DNA of 64,000 nucleotides from Squalus acanthias (Eukaryota): assembly GCA_030390025.1 (NCBI GenBank), contig CM059432.1, positions 113,028,001 to 113,092,000 of the forward strand, in the 5' to 3' direction. The position numbers were made by a program, and so were the translations under genes. Below, one piece after another: positions 57,753 through 64,000 of this stretch (position 1 is the stretch's first letter; each line of letters opens with the position of its first letter). Below the pieces are notes generated by a model. It saw nothing but the letters and a program-made list of their open reading frames with translations, made no database searches and had not been told where the DNA came from.

Positions 57753-58001
57753 TCTTCACACAGAGGGTGGTGAATCTTTGGAATTCTGTACCCCAGAGGG
57801 CTGTGGAGGCTCAGTAATTGGGTATATTCAAAACAGAATTCGATAGATTTCTGACTAGTAAGGGCATCAAGGGATATGGTGATAGGGCCGGTGAATGGAG
57901 TTGAGGCAAAAGATCAGCCATGATCTCATTGAATGGCGGAGCAAGCTCGAAGGACCGAATGGCCTACTCCTGCTCCTATTTCTTATGTCCTTATGTTCTT
58001 A
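57746..58001 (+). mobile_element. Heavily 5'-truncated CR1-clade LINE 3' end (~255 bp)
   Basis: Encodes RNFFTQRVVNLWNSVPQRAVEAQ..EFDRFLTSKGIKGYG. The 3'UTR GATCAGCCATGATCTCATTGAATGGCGGAGCA..GAATGGCCTACTCCTGCTCCTA is homologous to that of the 41415-42660 element. The tail is TTCTTATGTCCTTATGTTCTTA. Confidence 0.93.
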
Positions 58002-58646
58002 CTGTACACCCGTTCTAGGAATCAGTGTACACCCGGTTTAGGAATCACTGTACAGCGGACTAGGAATCACTGCACACCCGGTCTAGGAATCAGTGTACTC
58101 CCGGTCTAGGAATCATTGTACAGCCAGTCTAGGAATCACTGTACACCCAATCTAGGAATCACGGTACACCCGATCGTGGAATCACTGTACACCCGGTCTA
58201 GGAATCACTGTACACCCGGTCTAGGAATCAGTGTACTCCCGGTCTAGGAATCACTGTACACCCGGTCTAGGAATCACTATACACCTGGTCTAGAAATCAC
58301 TGTACACTCAATCTAGGAATCACGGTACACCCGGTCGTGGAATCACTGTACACCCAATCTAGGAATCACTATACACCCGGTCTAGGAATCACTGTACACC
58401 CAATCTAGGAATCACGGTACACCCGGTCGTGGAATCACTGTACACCTGGTCTAGAAATCACTGTACACTCTGTCTGGGAATCACTGTACACCCGGTCTAG
58501 GAATCACTGTACACCCAATCTAGGAATCACGGTACGCCCGGTCGTGGAATCACTGTACACCCGGTCGAGAAATCACTGTACATTCTGTCTAGGAATCACT
58601 GTACACTCTGTCTAGGAATCACTGTACACCCAGTCGTGAAATCATT
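57999..58646 (+). repeat. 23-bp satellite with local variants (CCCAATCTAGG, CACGGTAC, GGTCGTGG)
   Basis: Tandem monomers with a recurring local triplet of variants. Confidence 0.96.
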
Positions 58647-58851
58647 ATGTGGCTGCCTCCTGGAGCTAAAGGTCCAGCTAACTTTCTCCCTCCCTGATGT
58701 CTCGCAATGTCTGCAGCTCGGACTCCAGCTCCTCAACTCTTAGCCGAAGTTCCTCGAGCTGCAGACACTTACCGCAGATTTAATCGCCCTGGACAAAAAT
58801 GTCCCCATGCTCCCACATATTGCAGCAGCAACACATCTCCTGTTCTCCCAT
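58647..58851 (-). pseudogene. CR1 ORF1p N-terminus (zinc-finger/leucine-zipper region), with stops and 3'-truncated
   Basis: Manual translation from the ATG at 58851 gives MGEQEMCCCCNMWEHGDIFVQGD*ICGKCLQLEELRLRVEELESELQTLRDIREGES*LDL*LQEAAT. This shows CxxC-xMWE..CxKC followed by a heptad leucine repeat, as in vertebrate CR1 ORF1p. It is absent from the ORF track because of the stops. Confidence 0.82.
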
Positions 58852-58993
58852 TATTTTATTTATTTAATTAATTAGTTTACTGTTAATCAAATTATTTACC
58901 TCATTTAATTTATGAAATTAATTAAATTAAGTTTAGTTTTTAAAATTTAGTTGTATGCTACATGTTAACTTAAAACTTAGCCCACAGTCACTA

Positions 58994-59027
58994 CCAATCA
59001 CTTACCTGCCTTATCTGTGACGTCACA
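58994..59027 (-). promoter_or_regulatory. Motif cluster: palindromic CRE, GATA, consensus 5' splice site, CCAAT
   Basis: TGTGACGTCACA at 59016-59027; AGATAAG (minus) at 59010-59016; CAG|GTAAGT (minus) at 59000-59008; CCAAT (+) at 58994-58998. These are motif matches only and function is untested. Confidence 0.45.
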
Positions 59028-59071
59028 CTGCAGTTTTCTCCAGTTGTTGCAGGTCTGCTGCTGCTTTTATC

Positions 59072-59510
59072 CCCGCTCTCGGGCCTCAGTCTGCTCCCGC
59101 TCTCGGGCCTCGGTCTCTCCCGCTCTCGGGCCTCGGTCTGCTCCCGCTCTCGGGCCTCGGTCTGCTCCCGCTCTCGGGCCTCGGTCTGCTCCCGCTCTCG
59201 GGCCTCGGTCTGCTCCCGCTCTCGGGCCTCGGTCTGCTCCCGCTCTCGGCCCTCGGTCTGCTCCCGCCCTCGGGCCTCGGTCTGCTCCCGCCCTCGGGCC
59301 TCGGTCTGCTCCCGCTCTCAGGGCCTCGGTCTGCTCCCGCTCTCGGGCCTCGGTCTGCTCCCGCTCTCGGGCCTCGGTCTGCTCCCGCTCTCGGGCCTCG
59401 GTCTGCTCCCGCTCTCGGGCCTCGGTCTGCTCCCGCTCTCGGGCCTCGGTCTGCTCCCGCTCTCGGGCCTCGGTCTGCTCCCGCTCTCGGGCCTCGGTCT
59501 GCTCCCGCTC
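59072..59510. repeat. 24-bp GC-rich minisatellite (CTCGGGCCTCGGTCTGCTCCCGCT), about 18 copies
   Basis: Near-perfect tandem copies with three CpGs per unit. It explains the SAPALGPR, RSRASVCS and ESGSRPRP repeat ORFs. Confidence 0.97.
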
Positions 59511-59663
59511 AGGTCCGCCGCCGCTCTGCAGGAGAAGTTAAAAAAAGCAAGGCAAAGCAGCACCTCTTTCCTCCACTTCACCAAGCTCCCACACTTACAA
59601 AACTCCCAAATTATTCACTCTGTGCACGCTGCACTCAGTGCCGGTTGCACTCACATGCCCCTG

Positions 59664-59697
59664 TATTTATATTGTTTGTAACTCAGATGAGTCAGCA
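59664..59697 (-). promoter_or_regulatory. Candidate Pol II promoter: AP-1/NF-E2(ARE)-type site plus TATA box
   Basis: ATGAGTCAGCA at 59687-59697 (TGCTGACTCAT on minus). TATAAATA on minus at 59664-59671 lies ~28 nt upstream of the 47-bp repeat unit that begins at 59636. Confidence 0.45.
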
Positions 59698-59954
59698 CTG
59701 CTCTGCTATTGTTTCAGGAACCAGTTTAATCTAGCTAGCTACTTAAAAAACTACAGCAGCTCTCCAGTAGGATAGCTTGCTTGTTTGTCTCTGCTTAAGC
59801 CTGAAACAAACTTAAAAATTTTAAGTTTAAAATTTAACTTTAACAGTTGATCTTATTTAAGAGCTACTAGCAATTAACACTCGATTTTAAAATGGATTAA
59901 CCCTTAAAACTGCCACACTTACCAAACTTCCAAGTTGTTCACTCTGTGCCAGCG

Positions 59955-60677
59955 ACACTCGGTCTAAGAATCACTATACACCCGGTCTAGGAATCACTGT
60001 ACACCCGGTCTAGTAATCATTGTACACCCGGTCTGGGAATTACTGTACACCCGGTCTAGGAATCAATGTACACATGGTCTAGGAACCACAGTACACCCGG
60101 TCTAGGAATCACTGTACATCCGGTCTAGGAATCACGATATACCCGGTCTAGGAATTACTTTACACCCGATCTAGGAATCACTGTACTCCCGGTCTAGACA
60201 TTAGTGTACACCTGGTCTAGGAATCACTGTACAACTGGTCCAGGAATCACTGTACACCCGATGTAGACATTAGTGTACACCCAGTCCAGGAATCACTGTA
60301 CAACTGGTCCAGGAATCACTGTACACCCGATCTAGGAATCACTGTACACCCCATCTAGGAATCACTGTACACCCAGACTAGGTATTACTGTACACCCGGT
60401 CTAGGAATCACTGTACACGATGTTTAGGAATTACTGTACACCCGGTCTAGGAATTACTGTACACCCGGTCTAGGAATTACTGTACAGGCCGGTCTAGGAA
60501 TTACTGTACACCCGGTCTAGGAATTACTGTACACCCGGTCTAGGAATTACTGTACACCTGGTCTAGGATTTACTGTTTACTTGGTCTAGGAATTGCTGTA
60601 CACTCAGTCTAGGAATTACCGTACACCTGGTCTAGGAATTACTGTATCCCTGGTCTAGGAATTACTATTCACCCTGG
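59955..60677 (+). repeat. 23-bp satellite, terminal block (GGAATTAC variant dominates the last ~11 monomers)
   Basis: Tandem monomers. The array ends at about ATTCACCCTGG. Confidence 0.96.
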
Positions 60678-60689
60678 AAAATTCAGCCC

Positions 60690-61917
60690 CAAAAATCTAT
60701 CTATCTCACCCTTGAATCTGCTCAACAGTTCACCATCCACAGCCCTTTGGGGTAGAGTACTCCAAAGATTCACAACCCTCTGAGTGAAGAAATTCCTCCT
60801 TATCTCAGTCTTAAATGGCCGACCCCTTATCCTGAGACTATGCCCCCTAGTTCTAGACTCTCCTGCCAGGTGAAACAGCCTCTTAGCATCTACCCTGTCA
60901 ATCCCCCTCAGAATCTTAGAAGTTTCAATGAAATCACCTCTCATTCATCTAAACTCGAGAGAGTATAGGCCCAATCTACTCAATCTCTCCTCATAGGACA
61001 ATTCTTTCATACCAGGGATCAATCGAGTGAACCTTTGTTGCACCGAAGGCAAGTACATCCTTCCTCAGATACGGAGATCAAAACTGCGCACAGTACTCCA
61101 GGTGTGGTCTCACGAAAGCCCTGTACAATTGTAGTAACACTTCCTTATTCTTGTACTCCAACCCCCTTGCAATAAAGGCCAACATGCCATTTGCCTTCCT
61201 TATTGCTTGCTGTACCTGCATGCTTACTTTCTGTGTTTCCTATATGACGACATCTAAATCTCTATGAACACCAACATTTGAAAGTTTCTCACCATTTAAA
61301 AAATATTCTGTTTTTCTATTCTTCCTACCAAAGTGAATAACCTCACATTTCCCCACATTATACTCCATCTGCCCCCTTATTGCCCACTCACTTAACCTGT
61401 CTATATCCCTTTGCAGGCTCTTTGTGTCCTCCTCACAGCTTACTTTCCCACCTAGCTTTGTATCATCCGTAAACCTGGATACATTACACTCAGTCCATTC
61501 ATCTAAGTCATTAATATAGATTATAAATAGCTGAGGCCCAAGCACCGATCCTTGTGGCACCCCACTAGTTACAGCCTGCCAACCTGAAAATGACCCGTTT
61601 ATTCCTACTCTTTGTTTTGTGTCCGTTAACCAATCCTCTATCCATGCCAATATATTACTCCCAACCCCTTGAGCTCTTATCTTACCTTTTATGTGGCACC
61701 TTATCAAATGCCTTTTGGAAATCCAAATATACTACATCCACTGGTTCCCCTTTATCTACCCTGCTAGTTACATCCTCAAAAAACTCTAATAAATTTGTCA
61801 AACACGATTTCCCTTTCATAAAACTATGTTGACTCTGCCTAATCATGTTATGATTTTCTAAGATTCCTGTTACGACTTCCTTAATAATGGATTCCAGCAT
61901 TTTCCCGGCGACTGATG
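60690..61917 (-). mobile_element. CR1-clade LINE ORF2 RT fragment, frameshifted, lacking its 3'UTR
   Basis: ORFs 61682..61969, 61240..61707 and 60669..60944 give [69 protein letters not shown] and FFTQRVVNLWSTLP..EIDRFL. Confidence 0.94.
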
Positions 61918-61974
61918 GACCGATGCTCTCTGGAGTTGAGAAGAATGAGAAGGGATCTCCTTGAAACATATAAG
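61918..61974 (+). mobile_element. Tiny CR1 ORF2 fragment in the opposite orientation
   Basis: TCTCTGGAGTTGAGAAGAATGAGAAGGGATCTCCTTGAAACATATAAG translates to SLELRRMRRDLLETYK, matching SLEFRRMRGDLIETYK in ORF 41505..42275. Confidence 0.75.
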
Positions 61975-61989
61975 GAGATATTAGGGCAG

Positions 61990-62667
61990 ATGGAGGTAGG
62001 ATTTAAGGAGTGTCTTAAAGGAGGAATGTGAGAAGTCACACAACACCAGGTTATAGTCCAACAGCTTTATTTGAAATCACAAGCTTTCGGAGCGCTGCTC
62101 CTTCGTCTGACTTGTGATTTCAAATAAAGCTGTTGGACTATAACCTGGTGTTGTGCGACTTCTCACATTTGTCCACTGCAGTCCAACACTGGCATCTCCA
62201 CATTAAAGGAGGAAAGAGAGGTAGCGAGGCGGAGAGGTTTAGGGAGGGAATTCCAGAGCTTAGGGCCTTGGCAGCTGAAGGCACGGCCACCGATGGTGGA
62301 GCAATTAAAATCGGGGATGCTCAAGAGGCCAGAATTAGAAGAGCGCAGATATCTCGGGGGTTTGTGGGGCTGGAGGGGGTTACAGAGATAGGGAGGGGCG
62401 AGGGGGGGGTTTGTGGGGCTGGAGGGGGTTACAGAGATAGGGAGGGGCGAGGCCCTGGAGGGATTTGAAAACAAGGCTGAAATCGAGGCGCTGCTTAACC
62501 GGGAGCCAGTGTAGGTCAGCAAGCACAGGGGTGATGGGTGAACGGGACTTGGTGCGAGTTAGGACACATCCAGCCGTGTTTTGGATGATTTCAAGTTTAC
62601 GGAGGGTGGAAGACGGGAGGCCGGCCAGGAGTGCTTTGGAATTGTCAAGTCTAGAGGTGACAAAGGC
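61990..62667 (-). mobile_element. L2-clade LINE ORF2 C-terminal fragment, interrupted by a Penelope-like insert and carrying a 49-bp internal duplication
   Basis: Minus strand reads AFVTSRLDNSKALLAGLP..KLEIIQNTAGCVLTRTKSRSPITPVLADLHWLPVKQRLDF, then PPYLCNPLQPHKPPRYLRSSNSGLLSIP..GGRAFSCQGPKLWNSLPKPLRLATSLSSF|KTLLKSY. These are typical L2 C-terminal motifs. Confidence 0.87.
62027..62202. mobile_element. Short Penelope-like element remnant (inverted pseudo-LTR hairpin) with ~12-bp TSD
   Basis: Arms 62026-62083 and 62111-62168 are reverse complements with 1 mismatch. TTAAAGGAGGAA flanks both sides (62015-62026, 62203-62214). The loop carries a hammerhead-like core on the minus strand. Confidence 0.78.
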
Positions 62668-63583
62668 TGAAATAGAAAATGCTGGAAATACTCAGCAGGT
62701 CAGGCAGCATCTGTAGAGAGAGAAATAGAGTTAACGCTTCCATCACCCCCAACACATGCTCCCACTTCCCACGGCAACTTCCCATGCAAGCGCAGGAGAT
62801 GCAACACCTGCCCTTTCACCTCTTCCCTTCCCACCATCCAGGGCCTCAAACATTCCTTCCAGGTGAAACAGCGATTTACTTTTACTTCTTACAATTTAGT
62901 ATACTGTATTCGCTGCTCACGATGCGGTCTCCTCTACATTGGGGAGACCAAACACAGATTGGGTGACCGCTTTGCTGAACACTTCCATTCAGTCCGCAAG
63001 CGTGACCCTGAGCTTCCAGTTGATTGCCATTTTAATTTTCCGCCCCACTCCCACTCTGACCTCTCTGACTTCGGCCTCCTACACTGTTCTGATGAAGCTC
63101 AACGGAAGCTCGAGGAACAGCACCTCATCTTTCGATTAAGCACTTTACAGCCTCTGGACTCAACACTGAGTTCAATCATTTCAGATCATATCTACTGCTC
63201 CCAATTTTTCGGACAGCAGGTGCTGATAATGATTGTGCTGTTGCCATTTACACTTCCTCTAGACACATCTTTTGTTCCTTTACTTGTCCCATTACCACCG
63301 CCTTTTGCCTTGCACCATCATCCCTTTTGTCATTTAATCTCTCCTGCCTTCCATCCTATCACAGACCGTCCCTTTTGTTCTTTCCTCCCCTCCCCCCTTT
63401 CCCTGCCTCTGTACTTGCTGGAGACTTGTTACATATCTAACTTTTGCCAATTCTTATGAATGGTCGACAACCTGAAACGTTAACTCTGTTTCTCTCTCCA
63501 CAGATGCTGCCTGACCTGCTGAGTATTTCCAGCATTTTCTGCTTTTATTTCAGATTTCCAGCATCCGCAGTATTTTGCCTTTT
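62668..63583 (+). mobile_element. 5'-truncated Penelope-like element: GIY-YIG endonuclease remnant plus pseudo-LTR, with an inverted pLTR copy at the 5' end
   Basis: In frame from 62773: GNFPCKRRRCNTCPF..FQVKQRFTFTSYNLVYCIRCSRCGLLYIGETKHRLGDRFAEH..CHFN..RKLEEQHLIFRLSTLQP. This is a Cys-rich linker plus VY-YIG, R, H and E motifs of PLE endonucleases. 62668-62737 is an inverted copy of ~63478-63552. Confidence 0.9.
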
Positions 63584-63842
63584 GAGAAATAAAGAAACTT
63601 GCAGCTGATTGAAACTTGTATATATTTACATGACTTTTGGGGTATTGATGAGATTTGCCTGTTTTGATGAAACAACCCATATAATTTTCAAAATTTGAAA
63701 TTGTGTGCCTTATGAATGGTGCGAGACACAGGACAGATTGGCTGATTTCCCAAACCACTCCAGTGCTCATTCAACGGATTGGAATATTGACCCTCTTGCA
63801 GTGTTAGCTTTGGGATCCACCCTGTTAGGGTATAGAAACATA

Positions 63843-64000
63843 GGGGTAGAAATTAGGTCGCGCCCCATTTGGGGCGCAAATATCGTCTGGACGCAAATAT
63901 TAGCGCCTGGCGCTAATTATCGGCACTGACTGGAAACTTCACTTTTACCGCCCCGGGAGGTGAGTGGAGCGCTAAAGCAGGCGCTGCACACCTGTCTTAA
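63843..64000. mobile_element. Possible terminus of a non-autonomous DNA transposon (PIF/Harbinger-like), continuing beyond the window
   Basis: Abrupt switch from AT-rich to CpG-rich sequence starting GGGGTAGAAATT, with subterminal palindromes at 63860-63877 and 63899-63917. The second terminus is not visible. Confidence 0.4.

Larger units (their letters stand above)
58647..59960 (-). mobile_element. 5' portion of a CR1-clade LINE (about 1.1-kb 5'UTR plus ORF1 start) embedded in the satellite
   Basis: Non-satellite block lying directly upstream of the ORF1 remnant on the minus strand and bounded by satellite on both sides. Assigning the whole block to the 5'UTR is inference. Confidence 0.7.

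Noticed and set aside
59017..59584. Arg/Ser/Pro-rich 174-aa and 88-aa ORFs
   Set aside because: They are translations of the stop-free 24-bp minisatellite.
378..60677. CRISPR array (23-bp repeats with partial dyad symmetry)
   Set aside because: The repeats are directly adjacent with no unique spacers. There are no cas genes and the context is vertebrate retroelements.
378..60677. V(D)J recombination signal array (CACTGTA/CACAGTA/CACTGTG resemble the heptamer CACAGTG, and the period is 23)
   Set aside because: There is no ACAAAAACC nonamer at 12 or 23 bp spacing and no V/D/J segments. The one nonamer-like ACAAAAACT (56594, in the LTR) has no correctly spaced heptamer. The 23 is a monomer length, not a spacer.
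58647..61917. One full-length CR1 split by satellite (ORF1 piece plus RT piece)
   Set aside because: Both pieces are on the minus strand, but the RT fragment lies upstream of the 5'UTR/ORF1 piece. That is the wrong order for a single element.
62026..62168. miRNA precursor or intrinsic terminator hairpin
   Set aside because: The TSD, the insertion into an L2 and the hammerhead-like loop are better explained by an inverted Penelope pseudo-LTR.
63584..63842. Possible exon in the only non-repeat-looking stretch (ORF 63705..63929)
   Set aside because: The ORF has a GTG start, no recognisable domain, and runs into the putative transposon end. There is no support from sequence alone.

Overview
This is eukaryotic, gene-free, repeat-dominated DNA. 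The repeat families present (CR1-clade LINEs with a (TTCTATGA)n-type tail, L2, Penelope-like elements) suggest a cartilaginous fish; this is inference, not a database result. About 57 kb is one head-to-tail 23-bp satellite (consensus GGTCTAGGAATCACTGTACACCC, roughly 2,400-2,500 monomers, all in one orientation). It has nested higher-order duplications and a 116-N assembly gap at 40171-40286. The array is interrupted by a 5'-truncated CR1 LINE (41415-42660), a 521-bp TG...CA solo LTR with a 4-bp target-site duplication (56093-56613), a short CR1 3' end (57746-58001), and an isolated CR1 5'UTR plus ORF1 start (58647-59960). That last piece carries a 24-bp CpG-rich minisatellite and apparently stacked promoter/splice-donor modules. 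The last 3.3 kb is nested retroelement debris: CR1 RT, L2, two Penelope-like insertions with degenerate hammerhead-ribozyme cores, and a possible DNA-transposon end. No intact host gene, CRISPR array or RNA gene is supported. Every ORF in the track is a satellite read-through, a retroelement remnant or an antisense shadow. I found no convincing new enzymatic system. The most interesting signals are the modular CR1 5'UTR, the phase-biased LINE junctions in the satellite, the solo LTR with empty-site paralogues, and the layered satellite architecture.
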